Positions 9,126 through 17,417 of a stretch of DNA of 32,000 bases are shown here, piece by piece; the stretch's first letter is position 1, and each line of letters begins with the position of its first letter. Both the position numbers and the translations under genes were made by a program. The stretch comes from Verrucomicrobiota bacterium. GTDB taxonomy: Bacteria > Verrucomicrobiota > Verrucomicrobiia > Limisphaerales > UBA11358. Location of the stretch: NCBI GenBank assembly GCA_049517655.1, contig JBEKRQ010000002.1:480083-512082 (forward strand), in the 5' to 3' direction. The notes beneath the pieces were generated by a model. It was not told where the DNA came from. It saw only the letters and a list, made by a program, of their open reading frames with translations, and searched no databases.

Positions 9126-10151
9126 CTACACCAATCCTTGCGTGGAAGCAACTGTTTTTCCGGCGGTGGAAAATAACCGCCGCCACGCGCCTGGGAACGG
9201 ATAGCTGAACGCCGACAGCAGCAAAATCCGACGCACTTCACTGCGGGGAATCTTGATGCCCCGTTGCAATTCAACAACGTTGGCAGCGCGCAGTCGTTCA
9301 ATCGTCCTGACACCGATCAAAATCGGCCAGGCGCAGGCGAGGCGGACGCGCACCTGCCCGAACGGCAGTGAATTTGTGTAAGCCCAGCCCGCCGCCAGAT
9401 GCGATTCCGCCTTGTTGAGGCATTCGCGGAACAGCGGCAGGAATTTCGCTTCGTTCGCAGGCGACAACAAGTCGGCGGGTTTCAGGCCGGCCTCAACCAA
9501 TTTGTCCGCCGGCAAATAGCACCGGCCATTGCGCAAATCCGCCGGCAAATCGCGCAGAATGTTCACGAACTGCAAACCTTTGCCGAACCGAATGCCGTTT
9601 GCCAGTAGAAGTTCATCGTCCAGTTTCGCCTTGGGAAACAAATGGGCGCGGCAGATTTTTGTCCAAAATCCACCGACGCAGCCGGCGACACGATAGGTGT
9701 AATCTTCCAGTTCAGCCTCGGTTCCCAGCGCGACGATTTTCCCGGCGGACGCGCCGGCGAACCGGCGTAAATCCAATTCCTGTCCACCCGTGATGATCGT
9801 CAGGACGTTGCGGACGAGTTTTAAATCGGCGGGCGAAAGCGTTTGCAGCTGCGCGAGGCTGTCCTCGACTTTTTCCAACAGCGCGCGTTCGGCAGGCAGG
9901 GCCTGATGTTGGGCAAGCTCACCGAAATTCAGCGGTGCGGCATTTTGACCGAGAATCCGTTCGCGCAGCTTTTGCAGCGCGTCGAGCCGTTGTTCCAGCG
10001 GGACCAGTTCGGTATCGGCAATGGTGTCGGTCGTGCGCGCGAGCAGATACGCGAGGCCGATTTGCGGACGCACACGCGCCGGCAGCACGCGCAACGTCAG
10101 ATAAAGCGAGCGCGACGTCGCCTTGAGCAGATCGTTCAACGATTTTGGCAT
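9126..10151 (-). CDS. squalene/phytoene synthase family protein
   Basis: SRSLYLTLRVLP..., LLARTTDTIAD (first Asp-rich motif) and NILRDLPADL (second-motif position). The isoprenoid head-to-head synthase fold is recognisable. The exact activity is not assignable. Confidence 0.75.
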   Translation of the reverse strand: MPKSLNDLLKATSRSLYLTLRVLPARVRPQIGLAYLLARTTDTIADTELVPLEQRLDALQKLRERILGQNAAPLNFGELAQHQALPAERALLEKVEDSLAQLQTLSPADLKLVRNVLTIITGGQELDLRRFAGASAGKIVALGTEAELEDYTYRVAGCVGGFWTKICRAHLFPKAKLDDELLLANGIRFGKGLQFVNILRDLPADLRNGRCYLPADKLVEAGLKPADLLSPANEAKFLPLFRECLNKAESHLAAGWAYTNSLPFGQVRVRLACAWPILIGVRTIERLRAANVVELQRGIKIPRSEVRRILLLSAFSYPFPGAWRRLFSTAGKTVASTQGLV

Positions 10152-10161
10152 TGTATCTTAT

Positions 10162-10794
10162 TGTCCCAAAGGGACACCGGATATTAGCCAGCCACGAAGT
10201 GGCTGGAAAGCCAACCAAAATCGAATCGTGTCCCGCAAGGGACGCTGGGAAACATTACCACAAATATTTTTCATCGTATTTAACGTGATGTTTTTTAAGG
10301 AATGCCACGTATTCCTCCTGAAATGTTTTTGTCTGATGATGTTCGGCTTGATTTGCGATGTATTCCTTGACAGCGTCGCGATTTGAAATGCTCACCGTGA
10401 ACGCGCCGTAGCCCTGTTGCCATGCGAAATTTTTCACGCCAAGGGTTTCGTGAATCCACCGGGACGAAGTTTGTTTGATGTCTTGCACAAATGACGCCAG
10501 CGGATGTGTTGCCCGTAAACCAACAAGCAAATGAACATGATCCGCCGTGCCGCCGATGGCTTCGGGAATGCCGTCTGCCGCACGAATCAGACCGCCGAGA
10601 TATTCGTGCAAACGCACACGCCATTCATCCACTATGAACGGATGCCGGTCTTTTGTGCTGAACACAATGTGGTAATGCAGGCTTAAATGGGTTGCGGGCA
10701 TTTGCTTTCCGGCGTCCCTTTCGGGACGTATGGTTTTATCGTCCGATTACCAGCCACTTCGTGGCTGGCTAATTTCCAGTTGTGCCTTCAGCAC
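10162..10794 (-). mobile_element. REPtron-like unit: single Y1 (IS200/RAYT-type) transposase gene bracketed by inverted hairpin arrays
   Basis: A 24-bp perfect inverted repeat, attagCCAGCCACgaaGTGGCTGG (10183-10206) and its reverse complement (10750-10773). Matched GTCCC-N4-GGGAC hairpins lie inside (10228-10245, 10713-10728). Additional hairpins lie outside (10162-10176, 10782-10794). No tnpB. Confidence 0.7.
10255..10701 (-). CDS. IS200/IS605-family Y1 HUH transposase (REP-associated tyrosine transposase-like)
   Basis: HYHIVFSTKDR, the HUH motif HVHLLV and the catalytic-Tyr region WQQGYGAFTVS. 148 aa, typical TnpA(IS200)/RAYT size. Confidence 0.9.
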   Translation of the reverse strand: MPATHLSLHYHIVFSTKDRHPFIVDEWRVRLHEYLGGLIRAADGIPEAIGGTADHVHLLVGLRATHPLASFVQDIKQTSSRWIHETLGVKNFAWQQGYGAFTVSISNRDAVKEYIANQAEHHQTKTFQEEYVAFLKKHHVKYDEKYLW

Positions 10795-10804
10795 GAACCG
10801 ATGC

Positions 10805-11523
10805 TCACATAAATTTGCGGCGCTTGAATATCGCGATGTCTGCGGCAGAAAGTTCAAACCATTCGCCGTTTTTACGTTTTAATGCAAACCTGTTGTGCCA
10901 ATAAGCTTCAATTCCACTTGGGTCATCAGTTCGAATAACATGAACCGTTGAAGCTTTTTCGGGAAGCTGTAAAGCAATCTCATACTCTCGACGCCCCACA
11001 GAATTGGCTTTTCCAATTTTGTAGAAACGCCCCGACTTGATGAGATAGACATAGCCGATTTGTTCTTCCAAAGCTCCCGGCTTTTCAGGCGCATCGCAAT
11101 TATGAGCAAGATATTCTTCACAAAAGTTGACAACATTTTTGTATTCGCTTTGGCCTCTGCAATAATCAGCAAGCTCTTTGATAAAATCAGGCTTTGCTCC
11201 AATCCGATCAAACACTTTTTCGTTAGGAAATTCTGGGTCACTGCACTTTTTCAAGCGCAAATCACCCGTCGCTGGAATCCGCCCCAGTTCACGAGCAAGA
11301 TTTGCAAATTTGGCAAGAACATCTGTTTTATCAAATGCCGTTTTGAGTTGATTTGGAGCAAAACCGGCTTCAAGAACTGCGTCGTTCCAACGAGCCCAAA
11401 TTTTTCCAAACCACTCGGTTTTTTTATTCCTGTCTCATCTTCAAATTTTCGCCAGCCTAACGGGACTCCACCGTTTGCTTCGGTAGTTCGCTTTATTTCT
11501 TGAAGAATATGCAGCTTTGTCAT
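10805..11523 (-). pseudogene. GIY-YIG (T5orf172/MUG113-type) nuclease with two homing-endonuclease-associated repeats, split by a frameshift in an A7 run
   Basis: ORFs 11251..11523 and 10805..11260 join into one sensible protein if one A is added to the A7 run (plus-strand T7, 11419-11425). The result is ...ETGIKK|TEWFGKIWARWNDAVLEAGFAPNQ...GYVYLIKSGRFYKIGKAN...EWFELS. The downstream frame is open up to 11434. Confidence 0.8.
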
Positions 11524-11533
11524 GGCGATTATT

Positions 11534-12934
11534 TTACGAAAGCCGTTCGCGCCATCTTACCAGTTGCTTCACGACTTCCTTAGTTCCGGGCGCGCCAATC
11601 AAATTTCGTTTGGCCATCGCACGCTGCAAATTGAAGACGCCGAGCACATCATGGCCAAAGATTTTATCCACGGATTGCAATTCCGTGGACGTGAGTTGGT
11701 TGAGCGGTTTGCCGCTTTTTTCCGCCAGCGCCACAATCTTGCCGACGACGTGGTACGCCTGTCGGAATGGCATTCCTTTTTTGACAAGATAATCTGCGAG
11801 GTCGGTCGCCAGCAACACCGGGTCGCTCGCGGCAGCGGCGCAGGCACGCGCGTTGACCTTCGTATTTCGCAACATCGCGGCCATGATGCGCACGGTCGCG
11901 CGCACGGTGTCGGCGGTGTCGAACAGCCGTTCCTTGTCTTCCTGCAAATCGCGGTTGTAAGCCATCGGCAAACCTTTCAGCAGCGTGAGTAGCGCGACAA
12001 GGTTGCCAATGACGCGGCCGGTTTTGCCGCGCGCGAGTTCCGCGATGTCGGGATTTTTCTTTTGCGGCATGAGCGACGAGCCGGTGGTGTAGGCGTCGGC
12101 GATGTTGATGAAATCAAATTCCGCGCTGGCCCAGAAAATCAAATCCTCGGCCAGCCGTGACAAATGAACGGCGAGCAATGCGGCGGCAGCGCAAAATTCG
12201 ACGACGAAATCGCGGTCGCTGACGGCGTCCATGGAATTTTGTGTGAGCTGCGGTTTGCCGCTGGCGTCCACGAAGCCGAGCAATTTGGCGACGAGCACAC
12301 GGTCGAGCGGCAGCGTGGAACCGGCAATCGCGCCGCTGCCGAGCGGGCAGACGTTCGCGCGCGAGTGGCAGTCCCAAAGGCGTTCGCAGTCGCGCTCCAG
12401 CATCTCGACGTAGGCGAGCAGATGATGCGCGAGATACACGGGCTGTGCGCGTTGCAAATGCGTGTAACCGGGAATCAGCACGTCGGAATTTTTTTTGCCG
12501 AGTGAGACGAGCGCGCGCTGCAAATCGGTGATTTCACCGAGCAACGAAACGATTTCATCGCGCAGCCAGAGGCGCATGTCGAGGGTGACTTGGTCGTTGC
12601 GCGAGCGGGCGGTGTGGAGCTTGGCGCCGACGGGAACGCGCTTTGTCAGTTCGGCCTCAATGTTCATGTGGACGTCTTCAAGTTCGGGTTTCCACTTGAA
12701 TTTGCCCGCGGCGATTTCGCGTCCGATCTTGTCGAGTCCGCGGACGATGGCGATTTCCTCGGACTTGGTGAGCACGCCGATTTTGCGGAGCATGGCGGCA
12801 TGGGCGAGCGAACCAAGGATGTCGTGCCGCCAGAGCCGGTGGTCGAAGGAGATGGATTCGGTGAATTGCGCGACGTCCGCGCTGACTTCGCGCGCGAATC
12901 GTCCGCTGCGGGAGACTGGAGAGATTTTTTTCAT
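11534..12934 (-). CDS. argH: argininosuccinate lyase
   Basis: 466 aa with TARSRNDQV, GYTHLQRAQP and GSSLMPQKKNPD, the fumarate-lyase signature in an ArgH context. Confidence 0.95.
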   Translation of the reverse strand: MKKISPVSRSGRFAREVSADVAQFTESISFDHRLWRHDILGSLAHAAMLRKIGVLTKSEEIAIVRGLDKIGREIAAGKFKWKPELEDVHMNIEAELTKRVPVGAKLHTARSRNDQVTLDMRLWLRDEIVSLLGEITDLQRALVSLGKKNSDVLIPGYTHLQRAQPVYLAHHLLAYVEMLERDCERLWDCHSRANVCPLGSGAIAGSTLPLDRVLVAKLLGFVDASGKPQLTQNSMDAVSDRDFVVEFCAAAALLAVHLSRLAEDLIFWASAEFDFINIADAYTTGSSLMPQKKNPDIAELARGKTGRVIGNLVALLTLLKGLPMAYNRDLQEDKERLFDTADTVRATVRIMAAMLRNTKVNARACAAAASDPVLLATDLADYLVKKGMPFRQAYHVVGKIVALAEKSGKPLNQLTSTELQSVDKIFGHDVLGVFNLQRAMAKRNLIGAPGTKEVVKQLVRWRERLS

Positions 12935-13079
12935 GCGCTTTAATTAAACCGCCGATGAACGCGGATGCACACAGGTTTCGAGATGCGGCGGCAAAATTCA
13001 ATCACAAAGACGCGGAAAAAACCCCTTGAAAAACCCCGTTGCCAGCGGCACGCGGATGTGGAATGCTATTTCAAACAAT

Positions 13080-13928
13080 ATGAGCGAGTTTAGTTTTGTC
13101 TGTCCGGCTTGCGGTCAGAACATCAAGTGCGAGTCGTGGCGGAGCAACTCGATGATGGAATGCCCATCGTGCTTCCAGAGGGTCATCGTTCCGCAAGCTC
13201 CCGCAACCGACGATGTGGAATTAATCATAAAAGGCTCGAAGGCCGCCAAGCGAGTGGTGACAAAACCGGAGACGAATTTGGGAACGCCGCCTGTTCCAAC
13301 CCCGCCTGCAAAAGATTCTCTGGTGCCAGGAATCGCCTTTGTCGTTTTGCTTTGCGCAGCGCTTGCGATGGCGTTTATATTTAAGGGGAAAATTTTTAAA
13401 TCCACCGGCAATCAAACCAGCGGGCAAACCAACCAAGTCGTAACGACGCCAAGAAAGCAGCAAACCTCTGCTCCACCACCGACGACGACGACGAATAATG
13501 CGAATTGGACGTTGAAGCTCGACGCGGTGACGATTCCAAGTTCGGCGGTAACGGGATATGTTCATGGAAAGGCTTTCATTCCAGAGCAAGTGACTTTGGC
13601 GGGGGGCGCGTTTACATTGCGCACGGCGGACAATCCACCGACGGTCGGCGTTTCCATTTATCTTCATGCAAACCGAAGCGAAGACCTTGCGAGACAATCG
13701 GTCAATATTGAGCCCGATTCGGCCGGTGTGCCGTGGATCGATTTGCGATGGAAGGATGAAGGGGGCCAGTATTTGGCGCAAACCATCACGAAAGGATACG
13801 CATTGCGAATCGAGTTTGGGCAACTCACTGGCAACCGGCTGCCAGGGAAAATTTATCTTTGCACACCGGACGGGACAAAAAGCTGGCTGAAGGGGGCGTT
13901 CGATGCTCAAATCCTCAACTCCAGATAG
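13080..13928 (+). CDS. zinc-ribbon / single-TM protein with a conserved C-terminal domain of unknown function (paralog A)
   Basis: MSEFSFVCPACGQNIKCES...MECPSCFQRVIVP (CxxC...CxxC), TM segment IAFVVLLCAALAMAFIF, Thr/Pro linker, and a C-terminal domain ending GKIYLCTPDGTKSWLKGAFDAQI. Alternative starts at 13056 and 13026. Confidence 0.7.
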   Translation: MSEFSFVCPACGQNIKCESWRSNSMMECPSCFQRVIVPQAPATDDVELIIKGSKAAKRVVTKPETNLGTPPVPTPPAKDSLVPGIAFVVLLCAALAMAFIFKGKIFKSTGNQTSGQTNQVVTTPRKQQTSAPPPTTTTNNANWTLKLDAVTIPSSAVTGYVHGKAFIPEQVTLAGGAFTLRTADNPPTVGVSIYLHANRSEDLARQSVNIEPDSAGVPWIDLRWKDEGGQYLAQTITKGYALRIEFGQLTGNRLPGKIYLCTPDGTKSWLKGAFDAQILNSR

Positions 13929-14104
13929 CTGAAACCGGAAAGTGAAGGAGGCTGTTGTTCTCTCATTGACAAAACGGCGGTGGAGCTGATGGAATTCCAT
14001 TTTCTCCCATTCCACAATTGGAATTCAGGGCACGATTAAGATTGGAACCAGGGAAAAACCCCGTTGCTAGAGTCACACGAATGTGGAATCCTATTTTCAA
14101 CAGC

Positions 14105-15043
14105 ATGAACGAGTTTAAATTTGTCTGTCCGGTATGTGGACAGCATATCAAGTGCGAGTCGTGGCGGAGCAACTCGACGATGGAATGTCCGACGTGTTTC
14201 CAAAAAATCATCGTCCCACAGTCCCCTGCGACCGACGATGTGGCACTGATTATAACAGGCTCGAAGGCTCGTAAACAGCGGGTGCCGACGGCGGTGACGA
14301 ATTTGGGAACGACAACTCCGCCTAAGAAAAAATTTCCGACGGCGGCAATCGCCTTTGTCATTTTGCTTTGCGCAGCGATTGCGATGGTGTTTGTGTTTAA
14401 GGGAAAAATTTTTAAATCCACCGGTAATCAAACCAATGTGCAAACCAACCAAACCGAGTCCGCGCCTGTCGTGACTGCCGCACCCGTTGCAGCGCCTGCG
14501 CTGGTTGTTGCACCAACTCCGGCTGCGACTCCCGCGCCCGCGCCGGTGCTGCCGCCGGTTCGCATCAAAGCCGGCTCTTCCGCTCCGTTCACGGATTCAG
14601 AGGGTAACGTCTGGCTTCCTGATCAGGGTTTTGTGGGTGGGGAAACGATTGAACGTCCCGACGCACAAATCGCCAACACGAAAGACCCGGCGATTTATCG
14701 CAGCGAACGATACGGCATGACTTCGTTTTCGTATCCGGTTCCCAACGGCAAATACACGGTAAAGCTTCATTTTGCCGAAACCTACGAAGGGATTACCAGA
14801 CCAGGCCAGCGTCTTTTTTCGTTCAATGTCAAAGGACAAGAGTTCAAAGATTTTGATGTCTGGGTTAAAGCCGGCGGCCCGCTGCGTGCCTACATCGAAA
14901 CCGTCAGTGTGGAAGTCACCGACGGCAAGCTGGATATCTCTTTCACCTCCAAGATGGAAAATCCCCAGATTAATGGGATTGAGATCATTCCAGAAACGGC
15001 CAAGCCGGTCGTCGTTGCGCGGCCCGCGAACAATACGAATTGA
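14105..15043 (+). CDS. zinc-ribbon / single-TM / malectin-domain protein (paralog B, truncated by TGA)
   Basis: The N-terminal ~115 aa are paralogous to gene A at both nucleotide and protein level. They are followed by a malectin-like module (IKAGSSAPFTDSEGNVWLPDQGF...YTVKLHFAE...RLFSFNV...PQINGIEIIP). The ORF ends at TGA 15041-15043. Alternative start 14081. Confidence 0.7.
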   Translation: MNEFKFVCPVCGQHIKCESWRSNSTMECPTCFQKIIVPQSPATDDVALIITGSKARKQRVPTAVTNLGTTTPPKKKFPTAAIAFVILLCAAIAMVFVFKGKIFKSTGNQTNVQTNQTESAPVVTAAPVAAPALVVAPTPAATPAPAPVLPPVRIKAGSSAPFTDSEGNVWLPDQGFVGGETIERPDAQIANTKDPAIYRSERYGMTSFSYPVPNGKYTVKLHFAETYEGITRPGQRLFSFNVKGQEFKDFDVWVKAGGPLRAYIETVSVEVTDGKLDISFTSKMENPQINGIEIIPETAKPVVVARPANNTN

Positions 15044-15471
15044 ACGATGGATCTCAACACGATGACAATTCCAGATTCGGCGGCGGTTGGATATGTTCAT
15101 GGGAAAGCCCTCATTCCCCAGCGGGTGATTTTGGATGTGGGCACCTTGACGTTGCGCGCGGCGGACAATCCACCGGAAACCGACATTTCCGTTTTTCCTC
15201 ATGCAAACCGGAGCGAAGATTCGCCGGACAATCGATCAATATCAAACCCGATTCCAGCAATGCGCCATGGGTTAATCTGCAATGGAAGGACGCACAAGGC
15301 CAGCCTGTGACGCAAACTATCACGAAAGGATACGTGCTGCGAATCGAGTTCGGGCCGCTGGCCGGGAACCGGTTGCTGGTGAAAATTTATCTTTGCACGC
15401 CGGACGAAATGAAAAGTTACATACTGGGAGCATTTAATGCCGAAATCCACAAATCCAAACCGTCGCGGTAA
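15044..15471 (+). pseudogene. decayed C-terminal domain of paralog B
   Basis: In frame after the TGA, the sequence aligns with the gene A C-terminal domain (TIPDSAAVGYVHGKALIPQRV...). The TGA replaces the TGG (Trp) of gene A. A 1-nt deletion near 15219-15223 shifts the rest (..[34 protein letters not shown]) into another frame. Confidence 0.75.
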
Positions 15472-15943
15472 AAAAATTGAAAGGGTCGTTGTTTGTTTGT
15501 TAGCCAAACGGAAACAAACTCTCGCGCTGGCCGAATCGTGCACCGGCGGTTGCATCGCACACCGGCTCACGAATGTGCCCGGCGCGTCGGCGGTTTTCCT
15601 CGGCGGAGTGGTCGCTTACAGCAACGAGGCGAAGAGGAAGTTTCTCGGCGTTCGCACTGAAACACTCGCGGCTCACGGGGCGGTAAGCGAAGCGGTTGCG
15701 TGCGAAATGGCCGGGGGTGCGCGCGAACGATTCGGCGCGGATTTTGCAATCGGGGTTACGGGCATTGCCGGTCCGGGAGGCGGAACAAAAGACAAACCTG
15801 CGGGGACAGTTTTCATAGCGCTGATTGGAGCGTTTGGAACGATTGTTAAGCGTAAATTTAATTCCCTTGAGCGTGAGAGGTTCAAGGAAGTTACAGCCCA
15901 ACAAGCATTAGAGATGTTACATTCGCGGCTGGCCGGAGCGTGA
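15437..15943 (+). CDS. pncC: CinA C-terminal domain protein / nicotinamide-nucleotide amidohydrolase
   Basis: [38 protein letters not shown]...[11 protein letters not shown] is a CinA/PncC hallmark. The start overlaps the last 35 nt of the paralog-B remnant. Confidence 0.85.
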   Translation: MPKSTNPNRRGKKIERVVVCLLAKRKQTLALAESCTGGCIAHRLTNVPGASAVFLGGVVAYSNEAKRKFLGVRTETLAAHGAVSEAVACEMAGGARERFGADFAIGVTGIAGPGGGTKDKPAGTVFIALIGAFGTIVKRKFNSLERERFKEVTAQQALEMLHSRLAGA

Positions 15944-16036
15944 AATGCTTTGTGCTTGAGAGTGAAAGCTTTTTGCGTAAAGTTAAAGGGTTCAACGTCT
16001 TCACGGAGTTGAACAGAAAGAATTTTGTTTCCAAAC

Positions 16037-17341
16037 ATGGCTCTGACGACTGACCCGATGACCGCTGCGCGCGACCGTTTTACCGCCGAGGCGGAAGGCA
16101 CAACCGCCGCTTTGCCGAAGCGGCGCGGGACGCTGTTGATTGTGGATGACGAGGACGGGCCGCGACAATCACTCCGCGTCATTTTCAAGGATGAATATGA
16201 TTTGCTGATGGCTGATGACGGGCCGACGGCAATTGCGCTGGCGCAGAAACATCCGGTTGACGTGGCAGTGCTGGACATTCGCATGGCTGGCATGTCGGGC
16301 ATCGACGTTTTGGAACACCTCAAATGCGTGAACCCGAGAATCGAAGCGATCATGATCACGGCGTTTGAGACGACCGACACGATTCGGCGGGCGCTGCGGT
16401 TGCGCGCGTGCGATTACATCAACAAGCCGTTCGACCTCGCGACAATCCGCGCAGCTGTCGGCCAGGCAATGCAGCGCCGCATAATCGAAAGTGAAATCAA
16501 CAGCAGCGCGGAAAAGGTGCGGGAATTGCTTGCCGAGTTGCAAAACCAGCGCATCGAGGAGCAACTCGCCAAGACGCGCGGCGACATTTACGCCAGCATC
16601 ATTCACGACATCAACGGTCCGTTGACGGTCATTTCCGGTTTCGTGCAAGTGCTCAACCAGCGCCTGAGCCGCCATTCACGGCTGGAGACGGAGGACTTGG
16701 AATTCATCAAGAACCGTCTGCGCATCATCGCGCGGCAGACGAGCAATTGCATCGAAATTTCCAGGCGCTACCTCAGTTTTCTTCAACGCCAGTCGGGCGA
16801 AAACGTCTCGTGCGTCAGTGTCAATCAATTACTCAAGGACTTGGATCAGCTCGTGCGTGTGCATCCCAGTGCGCATGAAAATGAGTTTGGCATTACGCCG
16901 CTGTCCAAGGACATCAGCGTCAAAATCAATGGCACCGACCTCATCCAGATTTTGCTCAACCTGGTGGTGAACGCCTTTCAGTGCATGCCCCTCAAACACC
17001 GCGTCGAAATCAGCGGTGAAGTGCTCCGCGCGCCGCTCAATCTCAAAAAATTCAAAGACGGCCCGAATGATCGGCTGCTCAACGTTGAAAGTGCGGACAA
17101 TACCCCACCGCTGGTCAAACTTTGGGTGCGCGACAATGGCCCTGGCATCCCACCGGAAGTGTTGGCTAAAATATTTCAGTCCTACTTTACCACCAAAGGG
17201 CCGCAACAGGGAACCGGCCTCGGCCTCAACATCGTCCAGCGGCTCATCAAGGAAGGTGGCGGCGCGCTGCACATTCATACGCACGTGGGCGAAGGGACAA
17301 CGTTCACGATTTATCTGCCCGGTGCGAATTTGAAGGGATAA
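16037..17341 (+). CDS. hybrid response-regulator receiver / histidine kinase
   Basis: N-terminal REC domain (LLIVDDEDG...VAVLDIRMAGMSGIDVL...ITAF), H-box IIHDINGPLTVISGF, and HATPase_c (VRDNGPGIPPE...GTGLGLNIV). ATG 16037 was preferred over TTG 16025. Confidence 0.85.
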   Translation: MALTTDPMTAARDRFTAEAEGTTAALPKRRGTLLIVDDEDGPRQSLRVIFKDEYDLLMADDGPTAIALAQKHPVDVAVLDIRMAGMSGIDVLEHLKCVNPRIEAIMITAFETTDTIRRALRLRACDYINKPFDLATIRAAVGQAMQRRIIESEINSSAEKVRELLAELQNQRIEEQLAKTRGDIYASIIHDINGPLTVISGFVQVLNQRLSRHSRLETEDLEFIKNRLRIIARQTSNCIEISRRYLSFLQRQSGENVSCVSVNQLLKDLDQLVRVHPSAHENEFGITPLSKDISVKINGTDLIQILLNLVVNAFQCMPLKHRVEISGEVLRAPLNLKKFKDGPNDRLLNVESADNTPPLVKLWVRDNGPGIPPEVLAKIFQSYFTTKGPQQGTGLGLNIVQRLIKEGGGALHIHTHVGEGTTFTIYLPGANLKG

Positions 17342-17417
17342 TTTTGTCGCGCGAAGAGCGCAAAGTGTCGCGCAGGAAACTTTTTTGAAACGGGTGGTAA
17401 CCCGCAAAATTCCCATT

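Noticed and set aside
10162-10794. Complete IS200/IS605 element
   Set aside because: There is no tnpB/iscB partner. The ends are symmetric inverted hairpin arrays rather than the asymmetric LE/RE structures of IS200/IS605. It is better described as RAYT/REPtron-like.
13026-13080. Sigma-54 promoter in the conserved leader of the zinc-ribbon paralogs (GGCACG-N4-TGTGGA)
   Set aside because: It only partly matches TGGCACG-N4-TTGCW in copy A and matches worse in copy B. The leader conservation is explained by the tandem duplication itself.
15041-15043. TGA recoded as Trp or Sec in paralog B
   Set aside because: TGA is used as an ordinary stop by several confident genes here (recF, dus, CPBP protease). 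The downstream homologous region also carries a frameshift, which fits decay rather than recoding.
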